From an uncultured Alphaproteobacteria bacterium (GTDB taxonomy: Bacteria > Pseudomonadota > Alphaproteobacteria > Rhizobiales > Beijerinckiaceae), in contig CAWEGE010000014.1 in NCBI GenBank assembly GCA_963808525.1, positions 52,736-116,735 on the forward strand: a DNA stretch of 64,000 nucleotides, given 5' to 3'. A model generated the notes under the pieces. That model was not told where the DNA came from. It worked only from the letters and a program-made list of their open reading frames with translations, and made no database searches. Made by a program: the position numbers and the translations under genes. How positions within the stretch are numbered: the first letter of the stretch is position 1; every line of letters begins with the position of its first letter. Shown here piece after piece: positions 52,136-61,249 of this stretch.

Positions 52136-53437
52136 TTATTGAAGTGCATGCACGATCTTCACGATCCGGCGGGCGGCGACAGCCGCCCCATCCTCCTCCG
52201 CGACCTTGGCGGCGACCGCCTGGGCGTTGGCCGCATAGGCCGCCCCGCCGCGGAGCGCCGCGAGCTCTCGCTCTAGCGCCGCCGCCGTCACTCGCCACCC
52301 CGGCAGCACGCGAGCGACCCCGAGCCTTTTGAGGCGCGCCGCATTGTCCTGCTGCTCGCGCAGGTAGGGCGTCACGAGCTGCGGCCGACCAGCCCGCATG
52401 GCTTGGCCCGACGTTCCGACGCCCCCGTGATGGACGATGGAACTCGCCCTCGGGAAGAGCGCCGAATGTCGAAGGTAGGAGCCGACGAAGACCCCTGGCC
52501 CCGCTTCCTTCTGCAACGCAGCAACATCTCCCGAGCCTGCAAGCAGCACCGCGCGTTCGCCTAGAGCGCCAGCGGCGGCGAGCGAGGCGCGATAGTGCGA
52601 AAGCCCGTCGTGGACGAAAAAGCTCCCGAGCGTAACCACGATCGGCGGAGGCCCCTCGCCTAAGAAACGCTCAAGCGCCGCGCGCTCCGCGGGGTCCTCC
52701 GCGCGCGGGTCGTCGAAAAAACTATGGCCGGCGACGAGAATCTTTTGGTTGGCGTCGGAGGTCGCTCTCGTCAGCAAAGGCGAGAAAAGCGCGATCGTCT
52801 CGAGATCAGGGTCAGGCGGCGAAAAGAAGCCGAAGCCTCCGCGCGGCGGCAAGCCTAGCTCACGGCGAAAGCGGCGCAGCGGATGGGCCCAGAGCCAGGC
52901 GAGCTCGGCGGCGACCAGCAGCCAAATCCGGTTGTAGCCGAGCGCCAACGCGCTTCTCGGCTCTTTGATAAAGGGCGAGCCCCGAACTTTCGGCGGATCG
53001 TAAGCGGAAGGGAGGAGGATTGGCGATAGTGTGAGGAGCACAAGGGGGACACCCCTCCTCTGCGCTACTACTTGCGATGAAAAAGCTAATGTATGAGAGA
53101 TGATAGCATCATATTCCTCACAATTTTGATCAAGCCAGTCAAAGGCTTCCTGCAAGTGGGGAAAGACGATTTTGTTGAAGAGGAAGCGGTCATTCGCCGC
53201 GAGGCTGCGAGCCACCGCGCGCATGTCGAGACCAAGTCGGGCCAGGACCTCAGTCGCGTCCGGCCTTACCTCCGCATATTCGAGCCCCGCCGAGAGGATC
53301 AGGTCGCGATGCTCGGCGGAGACGGCGACGACGACGCGGCAGCCCTCGCGCAACAGCGCTTGGCCGACCGCGACGAAAGGATGCACATCTCCGCGCGAGC
53401 CGAAGGTGACGAGGAGGATTTTCGGGCGGGCAACCAT
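52136..53437 (-). CDS. GT1 family glycosyltransferase (RhlB / sterol glucosyltransferase-like)
   Basis: TFGSRGDVHPFVA, VTLGS, LFPRASSIVHHGGVGT and EQQDNA motifs. Confidence 0.9.
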   Translation of the reverse strand: MVARPKILLVTFGSRGDVHPFVAVGQALLREGCRVVVAVSAEHRDLILSAGLEYAEVRPDATEVLARLGLDMRAVARSLAANDRFLFNKIVFPHLQEAFDWLDQNCEEYDAIISHTLAFSSQVVAQRRGVPLVLLTLSPILLPSAYDPPKVRGSPFIKEPRSALALGYNRIWLLVAAELAWLWAHPLRRFRRELGLPPRGGFGFFSPPDPDLETIALFSPLLTRATSDANQKILVAGHSFFDDPRAEDPAERAALERFLGEGPPPIVVTLGSFFVHDGLSHYRASLAAAGALGERAVLLAGSGDVAALQKEAGPGVFVGSYLRHSALFPRASSIVHHGGVGTSGQAMRAGRPQLVTPYLREQQDNAARLKRLGVARVLPGWRVTAAALERELAALRGGAAYAANAQAVAAKVAEEDGAAVAARRIVKIVHALQ

Positions 53438-53536
53438 GGGGAGCCGCCCGTCGAAGCATGAAAGCGGCGCGAAGGGCAAGCGCCGCCTCACCAAAAACGT
53501 CTGGACTGGGCGCCGGCGTGCTATAAACCCTGCGCT

Positions 53537-54724
53537 ATGGAAACCCTTTCCTGCGTCAAACCCCCGGCCGAGCGTAGTCACGCCCCTCCCTCTCTCGGCG
53601 GCCTGACCCGCGCCGAGCTGGCCGACCACCTAGGCGCGCTGGGCGTCGCCGAGCGCGAGCGGCGCATGCGCGTGGCGCAGCTTTGGCATTGGATCTACTT
53701 CCGGGGGATCGACAATTTTTGTGCGATGCACAATGTCGCCAAGTCGATGCGCAATCGGCTCACCGAGGCCTTCTCGCTAACTCTGCCCGAGGTCGTGGAG
53801 GAGCAGGTGTCGCAGGACGGAACACGCAAATGGCTGCTTCGGCTCCCCGCCCAAACGGGGGAGGAGGCGCCGGCTGAGATCGAGTGCGTCTATATCCCGG
53901 AGAGCGACCGCGGAACGCTCTGCGTCTCCTCCCAGGTCGGCTGCACCCTGAACTGCAGCTTCTGCCACACCGGGACGCAGCGTCTGGTGCGAAACCTCAC
54001 CACGGCCGAGATCGTCGGACAGGTCATGGTGGCGCGGCGGCGCCTGGGGGATTTTCCGGGGCTCGAGCGCCCGACCGACGGACTGGTGCCCTCAGGCGAA
54101 GGCGTTCGCGCCGTCTCGAACATCGTCTTCATGGGCATGGGCGAGCCGCTCTACAACATCGAGAACGTCATGGCGGCGATCGAGATCATGGCCGACGGCG
54201 ATGGTCTGGGGATTTCCAAGCGGCGCATCACGGTGTCGACTTCTGGAGTCGTTCCGCAGATCGAACGGCTCGGGAGCGAATGCTCGCCGATGCTGGCGAT
54301 CTCGCTGCATGCCGTGGAGGACGCGCTGCGCACGACGCTGGTGCCGCTCAACAAGAAATATCCGATCCCCGAACTGCTCGCGGCTTGCAAGGCCTATCCC
54401 GGCGCCTCCAACGCGCGGCGGATCACTTTCGAATATGTGATGCTCAAGGGCGTCAACGATTCTCCCGCCGAGGCGCGCGAACTCGTGCGGCTGCTCAAGG
54501 GCGTGCCGGCGAAGATCAATCTCATCCCTTTCAACCCCTGGCCCGGTGCGCCCTATGAATGCTCGGACTGGGACACAATCGAGCGCTTCTCAGACATCGT
54601 CTTCGCCGCGGGCTATGCGAGCCCGGTGCGCACCCCGCGCGGCCGAGACATTCTCGCCGCCTGCGGCCAGCTCAAAAGCGAGACCGAGAAGCTGCGCGCC
54701 AGGGCGCGGCTCGTGGCGGAATGA
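53537..54724 (+). CDS. rlmN: 23S rRNA m2A2503 / tRNA methyltransferase (radical SAM)
   Basis: [37 protein letters not shown] and AACGQL motifs. Confidence 0.97.
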   Translation: METLSCVKPPAERSHAPPSLGGLTRAELADHLGALGVAERERRMRVAQLWHWIYFRGIDNFCAMHNVAKSMRNRLTEAFSLTLPEVVEEQVSQDGTRKWLLRLPAQTGEEAPAEIECVYIPESDRGTLCVSSQVGCTLNCSFCHTGTQRLVRNLTTAEIVGQVMVARRRLGDFPGLERPTDGLVPSGEGVRAVSNIVFMGMGEPLYNIENVMAAIEIMADGDGLGISKRRITVSTSGVVPQIERLGSECSPMLAISLHAVEDALRTTLVPLNKKYPIPELLAACKAYPGASNARRITFEYVMLKGVNDSPAEARELVRLLKGVPAKINLIPFNPWPGAPYECSDWDTIERFSDIVFAAGYASPVRTPRGRDILAACGQLKSETEKLRARARLVAE

Positions 54725-54772
54725 GAGGCGCGTCGGACTTTCGGCATGCGCACATCTTGAAGATATCCCGCC

Positions 54773-55000
54773 CGTGATGGCCGGGCTTGTCCCGACCATC
54801 CACGTCCACGGGCTGCGGCATCGATGAAAAAACCGGAAATGTTTAAGCCTTCGAGGTTCCCTGCCAGATTGACTGTCTGCCAAGTCGCCCAGCGAGAAGA
54901 GCTGGGGGGATATTCACGGGGGGAGCCAAGCTCGCGCGAGATCCCATACAAAAACTCAATGTCTCGGCGTGGATGGCCGGGACGAGCCCGGCAAAGACGG
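54773..55000. repeat. REP-like element with long terminal inverted repeats
   Basis: Left arm CGTGATGGCCGGGCTTGTCCCGACCATCCACG; right arm CGTGGATGGCCGGGACGAGCCCGGCAAAGACG. Confidence 0.8.
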
Positions 55001-55039
55001 GTAACTCCCCAACGCCATCGTCGCATAGGAAGCCTGCCC

Positions 55040-56428
55040 ATGCTCTTTCGCGCCGCCCTGCTCTTCCTGCTGCTCGCTTCTGGCCCCCCCGCGCTGGCGC
55101 AGGAGCCGCAGCCCGTCCCCGCTGCGCCGCCCGAGGCGGGCGCGCTTCCGCCCTCCCCGCTGGAGACGAAGCTCGCAGGGTTTCGCGCGAAACTCCCCAC
55201 GGTGTCGCGTGAAACCGCGCCAGCTGAATGGGGCAGACTGCAGTTCGAGATCGGAGACGCGCTCATCCTTTTGGGCCAGCGCGAACGGTCCCCCGCAAAG
55301 GTCCAGGAGGGTGTCGCGACGCTGCGCGAGGCGCTGACCGCGCTCACCAAGGAGCGCGAGCCGCGCGCGCGGGCCCTGGCGCAGACGGCGCTCGCCAACG
55401 CCCTGCTTGAGCTCGCGAGGGAGGAGCACGGCGGCGCGGAGCCTCTCGATGAGGCAGCCGCGCTCTATCAGGAGGCGATCGCGGCCCTTCCCTTCGAGAC
55501 GGAGGCCAAAGACCGCGCGCGCGCGCAGCATAATCTCGGCGTGGCCCTGATGCGGCTCGGTGACCGCGAGGCGGGAACGGCGCGCTATAAAGAAGCGATG
55601 CAGGCCACTGAAGCGTCGCTCTCCGCGCGCGCCTTCGAGCGCGAGCCGCTCGAATGGGCCTCCTCGCAAGAGAGCCTCGGCCTCATCTACAGTCGCATCT
55701 TCGAGCGCGACGGCGACAAGGACACGCTGCGCAAAGCCGCTGACGCCTATGCCCATGCGCTGAAGGGCTATACTCCGGACCGGACCCCCGCCGCCTGGGC
55801 GCAGACCGAGGACAATCTCGGCCGCACGCTCTTGAAGCTTGGAGAGGCGGAGGGCTCGATGCAGCTGCTCGGCGAAGCGCAAGCGCATTTTCGCGAGGCG
55901 CTGCGGGTCTTCTCGCGCAAGCGCAATGCGCTGCAATGGTTCGCGACCATCCAGAATCTCGGGCTCGCGCTGGAATTGGCGAGCCAGCACTCCCAGGACA
56001 GCGCGCCACTCGACACGGCCGTCGCCATGTGGCGCGAGGCAGTCGAGGCCGTGCCCCGCGAGCGAGCGCCCTTTCAATGGGCGATCGCGCAGTCGAGCCT
56101 TGCCCACGCCCTGCAGACGCGCGGCGAGAAATTCGAGCGCATCGAGGATCTGAAGGAGGCCGTCGCGGCCTACACCCAGGCGCTCGAGGCAAGCCCGCGC
56201 GAGCGCAATCCGCAGCTTTGGGCCTCGACGCGCAACAACCTCGGCGTCGCGCTGAAAGCGCTAGGCAAACGCGAGAATGGGACACAATCCCTCACCGCCG
56301 CGGTCGCGGCCTTCGACGACGCGCTCGGCGTCTGGACAGAGGACAAGGCCCCAGAGCTGCGCAAGACGGCGCAGGACAACCGCGCCAAGGCGCAGGCGAT
56401 AATCGAGGAACGCAAGGGCTCGAAGTGA
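55040..56428 (+). CDS. Exported TPR-like repeat protein (about 40-aa RE..P..WA..Q.NLG.AL repeats)
   Basis: Signal peptide; repeats such as PDRTPAAWAQTEDNLG, RERAPFQWAIAQSSLA and RERNPQLWASTRNNLG. Confidence 0.85.
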   Translation: MLFRAALLFLLLASGPPALAQEPQPVPAAPPEAGALPPSPLETKLAGFRAKLPTVSRETAPAEWGRLQFEIGDALILLGQRERSPAKVQEGVATLREALTALTKEREPRARALAQTALANALLELAREEHGGAEPLDEAAALYQEAIAALPFETEAKDRARAQHNLGVALMRLGDREAGTARYKEAMQATEASLSARAFEREPLEWASSQESLGLIYSRIFERDGDKDTLRKAADAYAHALKGYTPDRTPAAWAQTEDNLGRTLLKLGEAEGSMQLLGEAQAHFREALRVFSRKRNALQWFATIQNLGLALELASQHSQDSAPLDTAVAMWREAVEAVPRERAPFQWAIAQSSLAHALQTRGEKFERIEDLKEAVAAYTQALEASPRERNPQLWASTRNNLGVALKALGKRENGTQSLTAAVAAFDDALGVWTEDKAPELRKTAQDNRAKAQAIIEERKGSK

Positions 56429-56466
56429 CGCTCTCGACCGCGGAGCGTGAAGCGGGGCTTCGGCGC

Positions 56467-57486
56467 ATGCTCAAAAATTGGATCTTTTTCCTCCTCGCTC
56501 TCGGCGCGGTTACGGTGACGCCAGCCGCATGCGCCGCGGAAAGGACCGTCACCGGAACGGCGAACTATCGCGAGAGGATAGCCCTCCCGCCGACAGCGCG
56601 TTTCGAAGCGGTCATTCTCGATGTAGCCCGCGCGGACGCGCCGGCCGTCGTTCTCGCGCGGACCACGATCAACAATCCCGGCCAGCCGCCGATCCGCTTT
56701 GCGGCGACCTATGACGACGCGAAGCTCGACCCGCGCGCGCGTCATGTGGTGCGCGCGACGGTGACGGTGGACGGGACGCTCTGGTTCACCACCGACACTT
56801 CGACTCCCGTCGTCACCGGCGGCGACGCTCGCGTCGACCTCCTATTGCGCCGCGTTGGCGCTTCGGAAACGCGGGGGAAGGCGGCCCCGGCTCTGGACGG
56901 AGCCGGCCTCCTCGGCGGCGCCTTTCGCTATTTCGCGGATGCTGCGACCTTCACGCTTTGCCGCAGCGGAGAGGAGCTCCCTGTCGCCATGGAGGGCGCC
57001 TATCGGGATCTGGAGGAGGCCTACGCCGCCAAGCGCACCGCGCCGGCCGCGCCGCTCTATGTGATGATCGAGGGTGCGATTGAGCCGCGCGCGGGCATGG
57101 AGGGGCCGCCCCGACCGACCATCGTCGTCAGACGGTTCCTGGCCGCCTGGCCCGGAGAAAAGTGCGAGCGCAATCGCTCGAACGCTGCGCTCGCGAACAC
57201 CTATTGGCGGATCGCGGTCCTCAAGGGGGAAACGCTCGCCGCGGTCGAGGGCCATCCCGAGGCGAACCTCATTCTGCGCACGGACCCTGAGCGGCAGGCG
57301 TCGGCCACCGCCGGCTGCAATCGGATGGTGGGAACCTATGAGACGAGGGAAGGCGGAGGGCTGACGTTTGGCCGTTTCGCCAGCACGAGGATGGCCTGCC
57401 CACCGCCGCTCGACGCTCGCGAGCGGGCGCTCGCAGATGTTCTTGCAGCGACCCGTGAATATGCGATCGAAGGACCGGCGCTATGA
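56467..57486 (+). CDS. YbaY-like + NlpE-C-like + META (HslJ) multidomain exported protein
   Basis: VTGTANYRERIALPP (YbaY), FRYFADAATFTLC (NlpE C-terminal-like) and GCNRMVG.Y...FASTRMAC (META). Confidence 0.8.
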   Translation: MLKNWIFFLLALGAVTVTPAACAAERTVTGTANYRERIALPPTARFEAVILDVARADAPAVVLARTTINNPGQPPIRFAATYDDAKLDPRARHVVRATVTVDGTLWFTTDTSTPVVTGGDARVDLLLRRVGASETRGKAAPALDGAGLLGGAFRYFADAATFTLCRSGEELPVAMEGAYRDLEEAYAAKRTAPAAPLYVMIEGAIEPRAGMEGPPRPTIVVRRFLAAWPGEKCERNRSNAALANTYWRIAVLKGETLAAVEGHPEANLILRTDPERQASATAGCNRMVGTYETREGGGLTFGRFASTRMACPPPLDARERALADVLAATREYAIEGPAL

Positions 57487-57571
57487 CGACCAGCGCGAGC
57501 CGCTCGCCGTGCTTCGGGACGCCGCGCTGCGGTGACATGCCGGCGCAACGCTAAGCTAGTTCAAAACGGCT

Positions 57572-57685
57572 TCAACGCCTGTGTCGGCCAGGTATCTTGG
57601 CGCAGATTTCGACATAAACGATGGCGGCGGCCAACATCACCAGGGCGATAAAGAGGCACTGTTTGAGATAGCTCGGCTTACGCAC
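57572..57685 (-). CDS. 37-aa single-TM small protein
   Basis: GGGAG RBS, GTG start; MRKPSYLKQCLFIALVMLAAAIVYVEICAKIPGRHRR; below the ORF-track cutoff. Confidence 0.4.
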   Translation of the reverse strand: MRKPSYLKQCLFIALVMLAAAIVYVEICAKIPGRHRR

Positions 57686-58005
57686 TTCTTTTGCTCCCGA
57701 CTGAGCGTTTCAAGCATCTTTGGCCGGGTTTCGCTAGATACACCCCGGGTCGGAGGTAACTGTCTCCAATTTCCCGGCTCCGCAAGGCTGCGGCGCGCCG
57801 ATCCTCGCCCAATACTGACGGGACGCCTTGCCTATTCTCCCCAGGTATCGGCTTCCCCCCGGGCGCGTCCGCGTGATGCCCCTTTTGCTCCCGCTAACCT
57901 TTGACGCGAAACTGGGCCCCGAATGTCTGGCCGCTTGCTTGGCAATTGCTTCAACCGCGAAGACATAAAATGGCGCATCCACCGCCATCTGCATCCACCC
58001 GCCGT

Positions 58006-58519
58006 TCACCCGCGCTTTCGCCAAAAAGCCCAGGCCGCGAGTTCCGAGAACGCCGCGCAGAGCAGCGCACTCCAGGCCGCAAGGCTGAGGCCTAAGACGA
58101 GCAGCGCCGGCTCGTCGCAGCGGATGGGCTTCACGAGTTTCAGCCGCGCCAGGAAGTCCGCGTGGGAAGCGGGCGGAAGTCCCGCCCGTGCACTCGGGGG
58201 GCCCCGACCAGAACTTCCATTCGACGCCGGCGTGGTAGGCGGCGATCCCCGCGCCTGCGAGAAAGATCAGCGCCAGCGCCGGCAGACCCTTGCGCGCGAG
58301 GTCTTCACGTCCCCTCGCGGACAGGAGAACGCAGAGCGCCGCGACGCCCATGCCGAGATAATAGGGCTTTCGCCCCAGCAGGCAGAGCTCGCAGGGGAGA
58401 TAGCCCAGGGCCTCGAAGCTCCAGGCGCCGGCGATGGTCGCCGCCGCGCCGAGCAGGATCGCGAGCGCGACCGCCCCGGCCGGGCGCTTTTGGAGCTGCG
58501 CGACGAGCGCCGCGATCAA
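58006..58519 (-). CDS. dsbB: Disulfide bond formation protein B family, frameshift near 58175
   Basis: YLPCELCLLGR (CxxC), AAYHAGVEWKFW.GP.EC; C-terminus PIRCDEPALVVLGLSLAAWS in the next frame, TGA at 58006. Confidence 0.85.
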
Positions 58520-59097
58520 AACAGCTTCACCGCAATGACGAAGCCGCCGACGACGATCGCGGCGAGCGATCCGATGAACAGGCCGAAATGCGCCTCCATC
58601 CTCTCGCGCAAATGGTCGCCGAAACGATTGAGAGCCGCGGCGATGATGAAGAAGCGCCCGCCGCGCGTGATCAGCGCAAGCAGCATGAACAAAGGAAAAT
58701 TATAGTGAAACAGCCCCGAGAAGATCGTCACGAGCTTGAAGGGAATGGGCGTCAGGCCCTTGAGCAGGATGAAGAGCGCGCCCCATTTCGCGTAAAACTC
58801 GCGCATGGCGACCATCTTGTCTTCGTATCCGTAAAGATGGATGAGCCAATGCCCCACCGTGTCGTAAAGCAACGCGCCGATCGCGTAGCCGAGCGCGCCG
58901 CCGGCCACCGAGGCGAGCGTGCAGATCGCCGCATAACGCCAAGCCTTGGCGGGCGTGGCGAGGGACATGGGAAGGAGAATCATCTGCGGGCGGCACGGGA
59001 AGAAGGAGCTCTCCGCAAAAGCAATGGCTGCGAGCGCCCACTCGGCATGCGGACCGTGGGCGAGCTTGAGCGTCCAGTCATAGAGCTTCTTCATCAT
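58516..59097 (-). CDS. YqaA/DedA (SNARE-associated) membrane protein
   Basis: AFAESSFFP, ASVAGGALGY, TPIPFKLVTI..G and RGGRFF motifs; compensating indels near 58990. Confidence 0.9.
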   Translation of the reverse strand: MMKKLYDWTLKLAHGPHAEWALAAIAFAESSFFPCRPQMILLPMSLATPAKAWRYAAICTLASVAGGALGYAIGALLYDTVGHWLIHLYGYEDKMVAMREFYAKWGALFILLKGLTPIPFKLVTIFSGLFHYNFPLFMLLALITRGGRFFIIAAALNRFGDHLRERMEAHFGLFIGSLAAIVVGGFVIAVKLF

Positions 59098-59258
59098 GGG
59101 GGACCGTTAGCACCTGGGACCAGTCGAGAAAAGCGCGTCCGGCCGCGAACTTTCTTTTTTGGGATGATCGACTTCAGTCCCTGTTTCCTGATTCAGCCAC
59201 GATTGCGGCGTATCGCGCCGCGCGTGGGGAGCTTCACAGAATCAGGAGGACAAACTCC

Positions 59259-59737
59259 ATGACGTCGCGCCGTAAATCGGGGAGCGCCGCCGCGCGCCTC
59301 GCGATCGCCGCTTTCGCTTTCACGCTTTCGGGCGCCGCCATGGCCGCCGATTACTACGGGCCAGGACCGCAGCCGGGACCCTCGGTCGGTCCAGACTATC
59401 CACCCCGCCGCCGCAATCCTACCCACAGCCGCAATCCTATCCGCCGCCTCCCGTCGTCGTCGAGCCGGTCGGCTACCCCTATCTCTGGGGCGGCCAACGC
59501 TATTGCTGGTACGATGACGCCTGGAACGGCCCCGGCTGGTACTGGTGCGGCGCCGCCTGGCGACAGGGCTACGGCTGGGGCGGGCCCTATGGCTGGAATC
59601 GCTGGGTCTGGAACGGCTGGCGGGGATGGCGCGGCTGGGGCGGCGCTTGGCGTCCGGGCGCCGGCGGCGCTTGGCGCGGCGGACCGGGCTGGCGCGGCGG
59701 ACACGGCGGCGGCTGGCATGGCGGCGGCTGGCGCTAA
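59259..59737 (+). CDS. Exported Trp/Gly/Arg-rich protein, frameshift near 59403
   Basis: GGAGG RBS; signal peptide. After removing one C: PPPQSYPQPQSYPPPPVVVEPVGYPYLWGGQRYCWYDDAWNGPGWYWCGAAWRQGYGWGG...GGHGGGWHGGGWR*. Confidence 0.75.
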
Positions 59738-59757
59738 CGCAAGCCTAAAGCTCAAAG

Positions 59758-59785
59758 AAAAACCCGGCCGCGCGCCGGGTTTTTT
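59758..59785. terminator. Bidirectional-type intrinsic terminator
   Basis: AAAAACCCGG-ccgcgcg-CCGGGTTTTTT. Confidence 0.75.
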
Positions 59786-59946
59786 GCGAGCGGCTCGACG
59801 GGAAAAGCTCAAGAAAGCGCGGGCCGCCGCTTTTGCCTAAAAATCTCCTAACAAAAGGGCGAGAGTGGCGTCCGCCGGCAACTCAGGGGAGGTGCGCCTC
59901 CCGCGCTCAAATCAATTACACCCTCGCCGGCGGAATGGGGGACGCC

Positions 59947-60288
59947 ATGCTTAAACTTGAGAGTCTCATTCCTTGTTGGCACGTCGCGCAAGAGCGCTTG
60001 TTGGAGCGCCGTTCCTATGCCGACGAAGGCGACGCCGGACGGGCGATCTTTGCACTCGTGGCGCTTGCGGCGGAGCTTACCGGATTGAACGGCACGCCCC
60101 TGCACGAGCGGCTCGAGCGGCTTTGGGAGGCGGAGGAGGACCGCTCGGGGGAACGCGACCGATTCAGCGAGATCGTGACCGAGGAGCTTTTCTCCGTCGG
60201 CTTCACCTTTTTCCCCAACTCTGCGGCGGAGCTTGTAGAGAAGATCGCAAACCGGCTCGAACGCGAAATCTGCTGCCTCGCGGCTTGA
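59947..60288 (+). CDS. Hypothetical protein
   Basis: GGGGGA RBS; 113 aa; acidic and helical; no recognised motif. Confidence 0.55.
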   Translation: MLKLESLIPCWHVAQERLLERRSYADEGDAGRAIFALVALAAELTGLNGTPLHERLERLWEAEEDRSGERDRFSEIVTEELFSVGFTFFPNSAAELVEKIANRLEREICCLAA

Positions 60289-60307
60289 GCGGAAAGGGAT
60301 CGCGGCT

Positions 60308-60415
60308 CTATCGGAGCAGCAGTGCCGCGACCCTTCCGGCGAAGAAGCAGGCGAGGAGGAACGGGGCGTAACGCATTGCAAAAAGCATCACCAACTGCGT
60401 GTCCGGACCCTGCAT
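60308..60415 (-). CDS. 35-aa hydrophobic small protein
   Basis: Strong RBS GGAGGAG; MQGPDTQLVMLFAMRYAPFLLACFFAGRVAALLLR; below the ORF-track cutoff. Confidence 0.55.
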   Translation of the reverse strand: MQGPDTQLVMLFAMRYAPFLLACFFAGRVAALLLR

Positions 60416-60493
60416 GACGCTCCTCCATTTTCTTGAAGAGACGAATTCGCGACGCTCGATTCGAGTCGCATCTTCAGTGAACGGCAATTGCGG

Positions 60494-60509
60494 TTAACGC
60501 GGGGTTAAC
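60494..60509. promoter_or_regulatory. Consensus CtrA box
   Basis: TTAA-cgcgggg-TTAAC; two GANTC sites (GATTC, GAGTC) at about 60458-60467. Confidence 0.65.
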
Positions 60510-60767
60510 CCGTCCCCGGCCCGATCGGTTTCCGCCCGGCCGGCGGCCTCGGCGGCCTCGATCGCCGTGCAGGCCAGCGCGGAAATTCGATTTCTAAGAT
60601 AGCCGAATGAATTGTGCGCGAAGAAGGCGAGCCGGAGGCTCGCGGTCCTGCGAGGTCGCCTTATTGGCGCAGCCGCGCTCCTTGCGCAAATTCCAGCGAG
60701 CTGGTTTTTGTTTCGGCCACCTGGAGGAAGCCCGGGCTTCGAAACAGCGTCAGCGCCGGGGGAACCG

Positions 60768-61079
60768 ATGGGCTGGATCATTCTTCTTCTCGCGGGAATT
60801 TTCGAGATCGTCTGGGCCGTGGCGCTGAAATATTGGGGCTTCGGCAAACCCCTGCCCTCGGCCGGCATTCTTGCGGCCATGGCGGCGAGCGCCGGGCTCC
60901 TGAGCCTCGCCCTGCGGACGCTTCCGGTCGGAACGGCGTATGCGATCTGGACGGGCATCGGCGTCGCGGGGACCACGGCGCTCGGCCTCTATCTCTTCGA
61001 CGAGCCGGCGACGCCTTTGCGTCTGGGCTGCATCGGGCTCATCCTCTTGGGGATGATCGGGTTGAAGCTCGCTTCCTGA
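60768..61079 (+). CDS. sugE: SMR family guanidinium exporter (SugE/Gdx type)
   Basis: LAGIFEIVWAVALK (E13/W16), LPVGTAYAIWTGIG, EP....RL..I.LI..G..GLKL; 103 aa. Confidence 0.88.
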   Translation: MGWIILLLAGIFEIVWAVALKYWGFGKPLPSAGILAAMAASAGLLSLALRTLPVGTAYAIWTGIGVAGTTALGLYLFDEPATPLRLGCIGLILLGMIGLKLAS

Positions 61080-61091
61080 CCCGCCACGCCG

Positions 61092-61228
61092 CGTCATTGC
61101 GAGCGAAACAAAGCAATCCAAGGCAGCGTCGAAAATCGATCTCAGCGCGCCAATGCCCGCTGGCGGAAGCCAACTCCATGGTCACGCCCACTACTCCTGG
61201 ATTGCTTTGCTTCGCTCGCAATGAAGGG
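61092..61228. repeat. REP-like element with long terminal inverted repeats
   Basis: CGTCATTGCGAGCGAAACAAAGCAATCCA ... TGGATTGCTTTGCTTCGCTCGCAATGA. Confidence 0.85.
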
Positions 61229-61249
61229 ACGCCAATTTCCCGCTATTCC

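Noticed and set aside
60510-60767. Guanidine riboswitch upstream of sugE
   Set aside because: No paired ACGR-loop hairpins (class II) and no recognisable class I or III core were seen.
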